Of a stretch of DNA of 64,000 bases, positions 15,012 through 28,576 are shown piece by piece. Source of the stretch: Eledone cirrhosa (lineage: Eukaryota). A program made the translations under genes and the position numbers. Positions within the stretch are counted from its first letter, which is position 1. Every line of letters starts with the position of its first letter. Location: assembly GCA_964016885.1 (NCBI GenBank), contig OZ024740.1, forward strand, positions 170,810,001-170,874,000, given 5' to 3'. Under the pieces are notes generated by a model. That model was not told where the DNA came from. It searched no databases and worked only from the letters and a program-made list of their open reading frames with translations.

Positions 15012-15083
15012 GCACTTCGTCGAGTGCACTGCGTCGAGTGCACTGCGTCGAGTGCACTGCGTCGAGTGCACTGCGTCGAGTGC
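15012..15083. repeat. GC-rich 14-bp tandem repeat (GCACTGCGTCGAGT) x~5
   Basis: Direct reading. Confidence 0.95.
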
Positions 15084-15124
15084 ATACTGAGGTGTTGGTA
15101 TACAACCAACATATACTCAAAATA

Positions 15125-15164
<40 letters not shown>

Positions 15165-15166
<2 letters not shown>

Positions 15167-15222
15167 TCTTTTACTCTTTTACCTGCTCCAGCCATCCGAC
15201 TGAGGCTATGCTGGGGCACCAC
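15165..15222 (-). mobile_element. SINE 3'-tail fragment (second copy 60436-60495)
   Basis: ACTCTTTTACTCTTT-ACCTG-TCCAGCCAT-CG-CTGAGGC-ATG-TGGGGCACC at both sites. Confidence 0.6.
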
Positions 15223-15260
<38 letters not shown>

Positions 15261-15307
15261 TTATTTATTTTTGTATGTATATGTATATATCTGCATATAC
15301 ATACATA

Positions 15308-15346
<39 letters not shown>

Positions 15347-15964
15347 TTACATATATATATATATTCTTATATACATGCATACATACATGCATATATACAT
15401 GTGTATAAACGGAATTATATAGAAATAGTTTGAAAATCTATGGCAATTGTGAGAGATAGAGAGTGAGTATATGTATGAAGAAAAGCTGAAAGAAAGAATG
15501 AGAGTAAGAGAGAAAGAGACAAAGAGCCTGGTAAATAAATATCTTGTAAGCATTCATAGCTACATACATATTTTTATGCATAAATTTATACAATGTTTAA
15601 ATGAGTGCTTTGAAAATGCCATATTATAGATATATATTAATATATGCTTATATTCACAAACACACACCTATATTTTTTATATGGTTACTTGAGATGTGTG
15701 TATATGTAGTATGAGAATTAGTCTGTATGTGTATCAGTGTGCGTGAGTATCTATGTGTGGATCCTTGTCTAAGAGTATATGTGTGTATGCATGGATATGA
15801 GCGTATGTTTCTTTGGCCACAATACATCTCTATTGCCACCAGCAACACAAACCAATCACGCTATATTGACAACAGCAAACTGAGAATTTTTTTTTTTTTT
15901 GCTAGAATTAGATTAATATAAAGAATAAAGCGCAATATTATGTTTTAAATATTGTATGTTAAAA

Positions 15965-16135
15965 TAATTATTTCTACTTTAGTCACTACTGGACAGGTAT
16001 TTATTTCATGGACCTCGGAGGGATGAAAGACAAAGTTTACTTCAGCGGGATTTAAAGTCAAACTGTAATGTGTCAGAACAAATGCTGCAACGAAGTAGGT
16101 CAGACGCTCTAACTATTCTGCCAATCCACAGCCTT
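15965..16135 (-). mobile_element. Degenerate SINE, family A
   Basis: GGGATGAAAGACAAAGTTTACTTCAGCGGGATTTAAA...CTGCCAATCCAC. Confidence 0.7.
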
Positions 16136-16149
16136 ATTGATGTTAAAAT

Positions 16150-16640
16150 ATGCATGTTAGCTGGCTCTGGCATCTATGGATTGCATTGCCATGAACTTCG
16201 ATGGTCTCTGAGGCCTCTGAGATAGAAACGATAATGTTACTCTTGAACAGTTGCAAGTCGATGACTGTAGGATAAATATTAGCAGGGAACATACATCAAG
16301 AAAGTTAACGTTCTGTGGATCAATCGATTGATGTACTCGTTAGTGCGTGCTCAGAGAAAGTAGGCTGAGTATAGCGGGTGAAAGAAAAAGAAATGAATGA
16401 GTTGAAAGTGTTGGAGTTGACAGGGACTGGCGATGTTTTTGTACCTGGATTGTCTATATAGGTGTTGTTGAAGACATTTTGCTAGAGAAATAGAGGTAGG
16501 TATTTGCTAAATGAATATAGATTTGAAGACAAAATGAGCAAATCTTGGAATATTTTTCATCTTTCGAGAATATCACTGTCGGGACCAAACCAAATATTGT
16601 AATCCATTTAATCCGCTGCGCTGTTGTCACAACTATCCAA
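16150..16640 (-). pseudogene. Decayed coding-like segment of an unidentified family (paralogous to 50752-51210 and 55213-55590)
   Basis: Minus-strand peptide PTVIDLQLFKSNII...HGNAI resembles TQLIDLQELSDII and SGNAILDT of the other copies; by-eye alignment only. Confidence 0.3.
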
Positions 16641-17278
16641 CTATGCTACATTATTAACAAGGGGAAGTGATGTATTTCTTCGTTATACATTGTATCCAAA
16701 GTAAATTAAATAAAGTAAATATCTAGATCATGGTAACGAAGGTTTTTGTTCATGAAATCAGATGGGGTGGGGGTGGGGGTGCAATTAATCTGTCCACATT
16801 CATGTTATAATTATGCCAACAATTTCCAGAGTCCTATTACATATGGATTTATGATATGCTCTTAGATATTTTACTCTTGTAGATCTTGATGCATAGAAAA
16901 CTGGAAATATAATGTAATGAACTAAACATTTTTTTATATAAACAAATCTAATGTATTCTATATAAAGCTACAACCGAATTCATTATTTCAAGAAAAAAAG
17001 AACGTTTCTACGAATAAAACGAAATGTGTTACTGAAGACCGAAATAAAAATTGTTCAAACCAAGCCCAAAAAATGAAGAATACATTTCTGAAGTTAATTT
17101 CAATATTTAAATTCTTGTGAAAAGGACAGCACGATCTTTGTAGACAAGAAGAAATATATATATATAGAAATGTGTGTGTGTGTGTGTAGCATATACCTAT
17201 ATATACACACATTTGCCCAAGCAGATACATACACACATGCAAATAGATAGTTAGTCAGGCAGACAGAGAAAGAGAGAG

Positions 17279-17279
<1 letters not shown>

Positions 17280-17362
<83 letters not shown>
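17280..17362. repeat. (GATA)n microsatellite
   Basis: Direct reading. Confidence 0.97.
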
Positions 17363-17363
<1 letters not shown>

Positions 17364-17480
17364 CAGTATGGGGTTAAGCGAACAGAGCTAAGGCTATCAT
17401 AACCGATAGTCCTAAGTGAAATATGTATAACGGAGTTTTAAATAAGCCTGAATCAACTAAATATGGGCTCCGATCGTTTA

Positions 17481-17525
<45 letters not shown>

Positions 17526-17615
17526 ATAATAATAAATGTGAAGACTAAAATCCAAAGAGAGTTCGATAAGGATAAATATATATCAAATATATAAGAACCT
17601 CAGAGCAAATATTTC

Positions 17616-17738
17616 TTAAAATAACAGATTAAAGTTTAAGCAAAGAATCGGTGCTTTCACCCTTAACGGGATCCTCTGAAGATCCTATTAAGGGTGAAAG
17701 CAGCGATTCTTTGCTTAAACTTTAATCTGTAATTTTAA
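17616..17738. repeat. ~120 bp hairpin (fold-back junction) containing a partial HHR core
   Basis: ACAGATTAAAGTTTAAGCAAAGAATCG...CGATTCTTTGCTTAAACTTTAATCTGT; CTGAAGA-tcctattaagggt-GAAA in the right arm, stem I not intact. Confidence 0.8.
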
Positions 17739-17741
17739 TAA

Positions 17742-17862
<121 letters not shown>

Positions 17863-17986
17863 TTGAATATCCCTTCTGCTTATATATATATAAGCAGAAG
17901 GGATATTCAATTTGTTGGTAATTCAACAAATATAAATGTTTATAACTGATTCAGAGCACTCGACAAGTTTTCTGGAGTATAATATT

Positions 17987-18257
17987 CAATGATATTAAAT
18001 AAATGGAAACTATATTTATAAAACCATATTTGTTCTATTATATATATTTCAAGGGTACCAAAACTTTGGTACGCTATCATCAGATAAAATACGAAGTGAG
18101 TTTTATAAATGTTGACATAACCAAGGAAAGTATACCTTAACGGTTCAAGTTTTCCTTGGATAGTGAAGGGATAAGAGAAGAAAAGCCAGATATTTCAAAT
18201 TATTTTTAGAATAAATAAGGTTTTATAAACATAGTTTCCATTTATTTAATATCATTG
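17987..18257. mobile_element. Short element with ~50 bp inverted termini and an HHR
   Basis: CAATGATATTAAATAAATGGAAACTAT... vs ...ATAGTTTCCATTTATTTAATATCATTG. Confidence 0.8.
18033..18089 (-). ncRNA. Type I hammerhead ribozyme motif
   Basis: uuuuau-CUGAUGA-uagc guaccaa aguu uugguac ccuu-GAAA-uauaua-UA-auagaa. Confidence 0.8.
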
Positions 18258-18332
18258 TATATATATATATATGTGTATAGAGAGAGAGAGAGAGAAGAGA
18301 GAAGAGAGAGAAAGAGAGGGAGAGAGAGAGAA

Positions 18333-18368
<36 letters not shown>

Positions 18369-19901
18369 AATAGATAGATAGATGCATGGAGCAGCATTTA
18401 TTTTAGAGATGTTCCTTGTAGTTTGGAACAATAATGTGTCTATATAAATCATCAACACTTCTAGTCTTTCATACAGTCATGCTGGTGTGTGTTGCTACAT
18501 GTAGGCAAAGGCCATATGATTAGTGTAAACATTTCCGCAAGAATTAGATTTATATATAATCAGCCAGGTATTTCTTTTTCTGAGTGTTGTGTGTTGGTTG
18601 ATTATATAATTGTACTATTTTATGATCATTGTTTCCACTATTATTCTTAAAAGAACTTTCATATTTTTCACACACAAAGTACTATATAAAGAACCATTAA
18701 TCATCAACGTTAATTTTATCGAACTAATAAGCAAAGCATAGAACAAGAGACAAATGCAAAGCAAGAAATACTTCGAACACCATATCCATTTAAAATTTAC
18801 AAATTACACATAAACTGACTGCAACAAACCCAAATTAACATTAATAACATACAGCAAATAAAAATATAACAGCTTCTTATTGATAACAAACCACAAGCAT
18901 GTTTATGTAAGTACAAGCTACTAATAGCCGAATACAAGCTTTAAAGTTTCAAACTTCACGGCTCCAGTTGCTATATTGGTCATTAATGTATAACACAATC
19001 CCGTGCTTCTCCACAACCCGAAAAGAAGGAGCAATTGCAATGCATTACACAGCATGGTTCAGAACAAAAAGAGAGGGAAACATCATTAGAGACCATATCT
19101 GTACTCTGCAAAATTTCCTACAGACATGGGCCTTAATAATCAAAGCAATATTCGTACTATAGCAGTTTACTAAAATACAAACACAGTCGACTTATATATT
19201 CTCTTAGACCTAAAGTTTCAAGATAACTGTACTTTTATACCTCTGTCATCACAAAACTTTAAACCTAGAACTGGTTCACAATTTGTATAGAAGCTTTATT
19301 GAAATTCTAGTAGAATTTCTAATGGACGAACGTAAGATTATTCTTATCTATTACATCTTAAAGTCTAAGTTAATGATAATCCAAATAAAGAAAACAAATC
19401 GTGGTTATTTCAATATTTAACCCAAACCTTACATTTGCTAACCTTTCATATACCAATTCATAGTAACAGTAATATTTTTCAAACCGTCTTTCAAATATAA
19501 ATATTTGACCTTTTATTTTCCAAAATTGGCAGGAAACCGTTTTCTATTAATGAATTGTTCAGTCCACTTTTCCTTTCATCTACATTTCGCTCCTTTTTCC
19601 CTCTACAGTTATTTCCACTCGTCCCTATGTGAGGAGCATTCTTGCCTTCATTTCAATAGACACACACACACACACACAAATATATATATATATATATACG
19701 TGTGTGTGTCTGTGTGTGTGTGTGTGTGTCTGTATCTATGTGTGTATGCACGTGTGTATAAGAATATATGTGTTATGACTTAGAATATATAAAACTAAAA
19801 AATATGATGTTCCCAATGACACTAAATCTCAACTGTTTCAAAAGAGAGGTTGGCCATAATGGTAGGCAATATAGAATAGCTGCTGGATACTCCATATATA
19901 T

Positions 19902-20120
19902 ATCATCATCACCATCATCATAATCATTTGTGTACGCCCACTTGCAAGGGTGGGACAGGTCCTCTTCAGCACAGCATCTCTCCATTCGTCACGACACCTC
20001 GTCATCTCCTCTGTGCGCTTCAGCGATATAAGGTCATCTCTCACAACCTTCGCCCATGTTTTTCGTGGTCTTCCTCTACTGCTGCTTCTTCCTTACACTG
20101 GGATCTCTTGGCACTTCTTC
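19902..20120 (-). mobile_element. RTE-clade LINE 3' end with (GAT)n tail
   Basis: RGRPRKTWAKVVRDDL...RDEWRDAV, the typical RTE C-terminus, followed by GATGATGAT. Confidence 0.8.
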
Positions 20121-20146
20121 ATTTATATATATATATATATATATAT

Positions 20147-20640
<494 letters not shown>

Positions 20641-20789
20641 TCCATATATGGTAAAAGTGATTGTCACAAGGATTGGTCAAAGGTTTGTTGTTGAGACACA
20701 TGATTCTATCATGGCATTTTGTGGAAGGTCGATTGGGTTTCCTCCACTCCCTCTCCCTCTTTCTTCTACTGGCAAGTTCAGCTACCCTT

Positions 20790-20879
20790 CCACAACACTC
20801 CCTGAAATATAAATAATACACATGTAAAGTTTTAAAAAAATCGGTTGGGTTCTTCTCGAGTTTTAGGGATTCAAACTCA

Positions 20880-20930
<51 letters not shown>

Positions 20931-21200
20931 CCTCGGGGAAGTGACGTAATGCATACAGTCAGACATACAGACATATTATAAGGGTGCGACGTTATATGTA
21001 TGTATCTATATAAAAAGAGAAAAACTAAGAATTATAGTGAGAGATCACTAAATCGCCTAATGTGGTCTCTAGCGCATAGAAAATTTGAAATTCTTTTTGC
21101 TCAGAACACTCCCTGAAACATAAGTATTACATGTGTAAAGTTTGAAAACAGTCGGTTCGGTGGTTCCCGAGTTTTAGGGATTCGAACTCACACACACACA
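20790..21200 (-). mobile_element. Fragment of the non-autonomous Helitron seen at 48119-48890
   Basis: Reverse complement of 48140-48420 (ACGTCACTTCCC, ATAACGTCGC-CCCTTATAAT, AAACTTTACACATGTAATAC), with internal duplication of the 5' segment. Confidence 0.7.
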
Positions 21201-21206
21201 CAGACA

Positions 21207-21288
<82 letters not shown>

Positions 21289-21786
21289 CACTAGCAGAAA
21301 AACCACCCTTCGAGTAGTTTTCTGCTAGCATGTGTAGTGTGTATATTATACGCAGGTACATGTAGATATGATACATCAAATAAAATCGTAATTGACAATA
21401 TATAATACATAGAAATTGAACGGAGACTGCGTCTTATTTAATCAGTGCGTAATCCATGATGCATTAAAAAAGACGATATTATATATAAACTGCATTAGGA
21501 GAAAATTAGTGACAGAAAATTAGTATCTTTATTTAAGCGATGGCCAACCGGAAGTGTTGACATTTCAGAAATTTTAAAGAAGTGAACCTTTAAATAAACA
21601 AAATATATTTAATCAACAGCCACAAAATTTAGTAGATAAATTGTGTATTTTACTAATGGGATAAAAAAATTATAAACCGTACGCAGTCCCGCGCTCCTTA
21701 CTTTATTATAGTTTAGATGCATACATAAGAAATAAAAACAAAAAGACACAGGGAATAGAGACATTTGTATATATATATATATATTG

Positions 21787-21880
21787 GATTCGCAATCGTA
21801 AGGTTGTGAGTTCGATTCCTGGACCAGGCGATGCATTATGTCCTTGAGCAAGACATTTTATTTCACGTTGCTCCATCTAC
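21787..21880 (+). mobile_element. SINE family B 5' fragment
   Basis: GAGTTCGATTCC B-box then GATGCATTATGTCCTTGAGCAAGAC. Confidence 0.75.
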
Positions 21881-21930
21881 CTGGAGTTGCGACCGATAGA
21901 TAGTATTAGCAATTGGAAAGACCAACGGAA

Positions 21931-22259
<329 letters not shown>

Positions 22260-23287
22260 GTAAACAGAATTAACAACACAATCGGTACAGTATATGGAAG
22301 GGATATATTATGTTAACGCGTGATATAGCAAGAAGAGGGTCTTAACGTTTCGGACGCTAGTCCTTCATAAGAAGAAAGAATGAGAAATTAGATAGATTGA
22401 GGGGACGGGCGGGTTGGAATTGGGAAAAATGTCTTATAGGGGGGGAGAGGTTGGAGGAAGCGCTTGAGAGTAGAGTGGAGCTGGCGGACAAAAGATTTGA
22501 GATTTAGTATATTAAATATCTTTGTGTGAATAGAAAAAAAACTCAATCGAGGATTAGTAAATTTGTGTATTTTACCTCGGGTCAATTCCCATCACAAATT
22601 GAATTTTGACACCAAATAATTCACTGTGCACCTTCAAAGTATGAAGCAATTGAACTAATCTAATCAAACTATGCATTGTCCTAAGTTAACAGTTTTTGTT
22701 TTGCGGTTGTTTGTTTTAATTAAAACAACCTGCAATCCATCAGATCAAAATACAAGCCTTCCCCTTGTATATTTGTGTTGGTAAAATTAGGTTCTTGGAA
22801 TTTCTAGTCCTTTTTATCGTTCCACTTCTTGAAATTATCAGGCTCGGTATTGGTATGTGAGTGTTTCTCATTATTATATGAAGCTAACTTTATATATAAC
22901 CTTCTTGAGACAGTTTTTAATATGCCATGGCTACTATGGACGGTGTAATTACTTCTAAATATTTATTCAGCGTTCGCATATGTCTATTTCACGTACCATC
23001 ATATATATATATACGACGGGTTTCCATACTCTTTCCCCCTAATAGGCATTGGTCAATCAAAAGCTATAATATACGTCACCCACAGAACTACTCAGTTTAA
23101 CTGATCCGAAACCTGCGCCTATATACATTATATGTATGATCCTGTGTCTAATTTTATACTCCTAAAGAAGGGTTAAAGCCCGACACGTCCAACTTTCTTT
23201 TTCTTCTTCCATATAAAGCGTGAAACTAATAAGTTTTTTGTATCTTTGTTTGTTGTCTCCTTGAACTATATATATATATATATATAT

Positions 23288-23331
<44 letters not shown>

Positions 23332-23449
23332 ATGTGTGTAGGAGGTGAGTTTTATTGTAGCACAATAAAGCAATGCAAATATCGGATAAGTAGCACTCTA
23401 CAGTTTGTAGGACTGGAGTATAAATAATATAAGATCAAAAGATCTTATA

Positions 23450-24246
23450 TTAGATAAATGCTTCCCTCCCTCACATATCTATAGTAAAATCTTTAACAAA
23501 CATACAATAAAATGTTCTTATTCCACCTCTTAACATCTCTAACATTATCTCTAAACACAACAATAAAATATTAAATATTAAATCACATCCTTCCAACACT
23601 GAGCGTCATAATAATAGCAGTAGTACTCCCAACGTCATTGTTAACTCTAGGCTAGATTCTGTAAACTTAAATACGACGTCAAATGTAACTTCGTTGAATG
23701 TTCATAATACCAATCAGGAAACTATTATTCCTATCGTAAATAACTTCTCCAATCCAATTCCTCCTATAAATAACACTAGGTCACTTGTTAATAACTCTGT
23801 TCATTTCTCTAATCGTAATTGTAATTTCCCTGTTAGAACTAAATGTCCTCTTAATAACCAGTCTTGATAAAAACTTAGTCTATGAATGTAAAGTTATAAC
23901 ATATACCAATTCCTTTACCTATTTCGGTTCCACCTCCACCTCCTTCAAAGCTAGATTTTATAATCACAATTCGTCTTTTAGATACGAACTTAAAAGAACT
24001 AACATGGCACTCTCGGAACTCATATGGTCCTTGAAAGACAAAAATATTAACTATAACATCTCTTGGAGAAAAGTTTGTTCTCCCTCTCCTTACTTGAATT
24101 CCTCCCTATCCAGAACATGTAATCTCTGCCTAGCTGAGAAATTTACCATTATATCTAATTTCAATTCTATAATAAATAGACGCACGGATTTATTTTCTCT
24201 CTGCTTGCATAAATTCCACAGAACATTCCATAAAGTATACAGCTAA
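23450..24246 (+). pseudogene. PLE linker plus GIY-YIG endonuclease, frameshifted
   Basis: LDKCFPPSHIYSKIFNKHTIKCSYS, CNFPVRTKCPLN, NLVYECKV...YFGSTSTSFKARFYNH...CNLCLAEKFTI...CLHK. Confidence 0.85.
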
Positions 24247-25424
24247 TATCTAATACCTTACTAGTTTAAAATCCTTTTTCTCAAAGGCTTATATATCTTT
24301 TACAAATATACCCATCTTTCTATCTTATTTCAATATTATTTATTATATATTATATAATACAATTTACTCATTCTATATCATTCCTCTTTATCATTTTCCT
24401 TTCTTCCTCTTTTTTTTTATTTGTAACCTCTAATCTGTACCTTTTCTTCCTAACTACTTCTCAATTCTTATTATTACTCACCACAACATTATCCATTCTT
24501 CCATCTTTCCTCATATCATTGGCCATAAAAAAAATTTTTTTAAATACATTATAGTATTACCATTAAAAGTCCTTCGTGAACATATAATTTTTTTGGCGTT
24601 AGATTTTTTTCTTCCTTAAATTTCTCTTATCTCATCCATCCTTTCATGCTCGTTTTAAACTAATACTTAATTTGACTTTTAGATATTACAATACATAAAA
24701 ACAAACTTAAACCCTAACTAATTTATTTTAATATATTATATTATTACCATTAGAAAATATTTCGCAAACATATATTTTTTGATGTTAGATATTTTCTTCC
24801 TTAAACATTCTTTTCTTCTTTGCCTTCTGCGCTCATTTTTAAACAAGCTATTTACGTACACATATTACGTACACATATTACATTACATAAAAACAAACTT
24901 AAACCCTAACTAATTCCTCTAAATTCATAACTCATTCATTCTTCTCCTTTTCACATTATATCCTTAATAACATTAATATTTTTATTTTAATAATACATAT
25001 TAATCATTTCTTTTCCTCGCACATATTATTAAACTCTTCAATATACAAACCTTAATTTAATATTATTCTTAATTCCTTTTTCTCTTCATGCATAAACCTC
25101 ATTAACTTTTAATTTCAAATTCTTTTAAATTATCTATTATCATCCAACGGCTTTTTAATTTCTCTCTGTGAGACAATATATACTTTTTTCTCAGTTGTAA
25201 AGGCTATCTCTCTCTCTCTTTATCACCCATCTCTCCTCCCCTCTCATCCTTCCTTCTTATACTCCTCCCCCACCATTCTTTACTCTTATCTCTTCCTCTT
25301 CCTTACCTTTTCCAAACCCCCTCACTTTTTCCCAATCTCATACATCAATCTTAATTTATTTTTCATATGTTGATTTAAAACTTCACTATTCACAAGTGTT
25401 TTTAAGCTTCATATCATGTATCCC

Positions 25425-25492
25425 TATTTTATCTGATGAGAACGCAGATATCATCCCATGATATTTGTTTTTGAAATGCGCATAATAAAATA
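25425..25492 (+). ncRNA. Type I hammerhead ribozyme motif (best-formed in window)
   Basis: 8 bp stem I uauuuuau/auaaaaua; CUGAUGA 25433-25439; 11 bp stem II gcagauaucau/augauauuugu; GAAA 25473-25476; palindromic ugcgca; AUA triplet. Confidence 0.9.
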
Positions 25493-25544
25493 CTTGGAAC
25501 TCTTTTAACCATCTTTTGATCTTATATTATATATATATACAAAT

Positions 25545-27015
25545 GTAAATTCAGTAGAATCGAAGCTCTGACTGCGGCCAAGCTAACGAATGCAATCCGG
25601 AATGTGCAACTAAGCACTCAATAAGGTAGTTTCACCTGAGAGTAATAACATACGTTTAGACAGCTTGACAAATTGAAGACTGCGATCGGTGAGCCAGCCG
25701 CAAGGACCAAAGCAACGAGAAAACCAACTCAGGATAATTTGACAAACCTGGACCATCCCGTCGATATTATGCAATATCTCATTAGAACAAAGGGTTCATT
25801 TTATCAACAGGGTTCCGTTCAATGCCTCGGATGGGTGTGAATGATATCAGTAAGACTGCTGCCGGTCACGTGGTTTTCCCAAACGGAAGTAACCCCCGAT
25901 ATATATATATGAATGTTAGCGGAAATTATAATATTTCCTTTGTCTAACACTTTGAATCTACCCGCCAAAAACCGGGAGTTGCTTCCCTTGTTGGAAATAA
26001 CACGTGACAACTAAATGTACGATTCGCTTGCTCATAGCAGCACCTTTTAGTGTCCGCTCCGATCTTTGGCAGAACGAAATCCCTGTTGATGAAATGAGTC
26101 CTCTGTTCGATCATGGAATACCACGAACGTGCCAGTTACGTAAGTCGGATATTTGATTTCGGATTCATAGAAACACTTTAAACGTATAACGTTTGATTTG
26201 TCCAGGTGTATGCTTTCAACCTGTTAGTTTTTCGTTACTTTGGTATTGTGTGTTAGGTTTTGCCTACCACAATGTTCAATTTGTCAAGCTATTTAAATGT
26301 ATGTCATTACTCTAAGGAGCTACCCTTATTGCGTGCTTTGTTAACTCATTCATATTGTAGGTCGACTTTGCTTGCCCACAGCCAAAGATTCGATTTTACT
26401 AAGCCTCCACTTATATTATTTTCTCCTAGATTTAATAATTAACTAATTAATTTAATTAAACAATTCTGTTGATTGGTTAATTATTTGTGTTTGTTTAATA
26501 ACATCTGGTTGAGAGCTTTTATTCTGAATGTTAGCGGTAATTATAATATTTCCTTTGTCTAACACTTTGAATCTACCCGCCAAAAACCGGGGGTTGCTTC
26601 CCTTGTTGGAAATAACACGTGACAACTACATTTACGATTCGCTTGCTCATAGCAGCACCATTTAGCATCCGCCCCGATCTTTGGCAGAACGAAATCCCTG
26701 TTGATGAATTTAGCCCTCTGTTCGATCATGGAATACCACGAGCGTGTCAGTTACGTAAGTCGGATATTTGTTTCAGATTCATTTAAACGTATAACGTTTG
26801 ATTTGTCGAGGTGTTTCTTTTCAACCTGTTAGTTTTTTCGTTACTTTGGTATTGTGTGTTAGGTTTTGCCTACCACAATGTTCAATTTGTCAAGCTATTT
26901 AAACGTATGTTATTACTCTAAGGACCTACCCTTATTGAATGCTTTGCTAACTCATTCATATTGTAGGTCGACTCTGCTTGCCCACAGCCAAAGATTCGAT
27001 TTTACTAAGCCTCCA

Positions 27016-27020
<5 letters not shown>
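25545..27020. mobile_element. HHR-bearing repeat: one diverged inverted copy plus two tandem direct copies (period ~615 bp)
   Basis: Direct copies start TGAATGTTAGCGG at 25910 and 26525 and share sequence to AAGCCTCCACTTAT; 25545-25898 is a diverged reverse complement. Confidence 0.85.
26082..26206 (+). ncRNA. Variant type I hammerhead (U3.G8) with extended stems II and III
   Basis: ccug-UUGAUGA-a augagucc...ggauucau a-GAAA-ca cu uuaaacg uauaa cguuuga uu ug-UC-cagg. Confidence 0.6.
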
Positions 27021-27098
<78 letters not shown>

Positions 27099-27112
27099 TA
27101 TATATACAGTAT

Positions 27113-27195
<83 letters not shown>

Positions 27196-28336
27196 ATTTC
27201 ATATGTATGTGTGTGTGTGTGTGTGTATATATTATAATTCTACTAGCTTCTTGATTCAGAGCCAATTGTTTTAAAAGTAACGTGAACCCTGATAGTGGTA
27301 ATATATAAAGGAGGTGTGGAATTACGAATGCTCTTGGGGAAAGCATGTACGTTACAATTTCTAAATTTCTCTACCATAAATTATACGTACTCTGTCTAAT
27401 AAAAAAAGCAATCATTCACATACATTTATTTATATTATACTGGCCAATTATAACAAGCTCCGTTAATTGTTTAAATAATGTGTAAGCTATAGTATTTCTT
27501 TCTATAATAAATAATTATATTTGTTCTATTTATCACTGAAGGCAATAACAATATTTGAAATACTTCGTTAATTGTAGTATTTATTTGTGTCTATTAAACA
27601 TATTTCGTGCAGAAATAGTTCCTGCGAGTGAATTAAGCTATCTCACAGTAAGAATTGAATTCCATTCTTCTCTGTTCTGAATTTTAATATCATTGTTGGC
27701 AATTTTGCTGCTAGTTCTCTGTTGCTGATGAACGAACTAGCTCTGATAAACTGAAAGGCGAGTAAAAAAAGTAAAACTTTCGCTGACATAAACTGAAAAT
27801 GTTACCATTCTTTTCTGTTTATTCTCTACGAAGAAAACAGAATTCCGGATAACGAAAATTATGGGCAAATAGTCATTATTTTACGGACGGAATAAATATT
27901 ATGTAACACACTAATGTTTGTGGAATCTATGCATATATGTGTGTGGGGTGTGAGCGCGTGTGTATGTACGCAATAGCTGACAAGAAAAATCAGGAATATT
28001 TGAAATTTGAAATGTATGCTTCTCAAAGCAAATGACAATAATAATAGTCGATCACCACAAATAGTTGAGAAAATTGCAAGCATTGCAAATTTCGAGTTTT
28101 CCAATGCTTCTTGAGTCAACAGTTGTTTACACCTCTAGCTTGCGGCTTAACATCTTAATAATCAAGATTAGTGGCCTATGGCTCTTTAGCGTAGTGGTTA
28201 ATACACTCACCCTCATCCGAGTGTTAATACACTCATCCGAGAGATCTATCACTTGCTCTAGCCGCATTTTTCGTCTTCAAGTGTAATTTATCCGATATTG
28301 TTAGCTATTATTTGTGGGGATGATTATTATGATCGG

Positions 28337-28536
28337 NNNNNNNNNNNNNNNNNNNNNNNNNNNNNNNNNNNNNNNNNNNNNNNNNNNNNNNNNNNNNNNN
28401 NNNNNNNNNNNNNNNNNNNNNNNNNNNNNNNNNNNNNNNNNNNNNNNNNNNNNNNNNNNNNNNNNNNNNNNNNNNNNNNNNNNNNNNNNNNNNNNNNNNN
28501 NNNNNNNNNNNNNNNNNNNNNNNNNNNNNNNNNNNN
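28337..28536. other. Assembly gap (200 N)
   Basis: Run of N. Confidence 1.
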
Positions 28537-28576
28537 CATAATAACAAATGCTGAAAAATACAGTGAGAGATAGATA

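Larger units (their letters stand above)
23424..25530 (+). mobile_element. 5'-truncated Penelope-like element with 20 bp inverted termini, GIY-YIG remnant and 3' HHR
   Basis: ATAATATAAGATCAAAAGAT (23424-23443) is the exact reverse complement of 25511-25530; ORF remnant and HHR inside. Confidence 0.85.

Noticed and set aside
17031-17050. CTGAAGA-CC-GAAA
   Set aside because: Only 2 nt for stem II and no stem I; likely chance
27725-27765. CTGATGA...GAAA...TA
   Set aside because: Stems I-III do not pair
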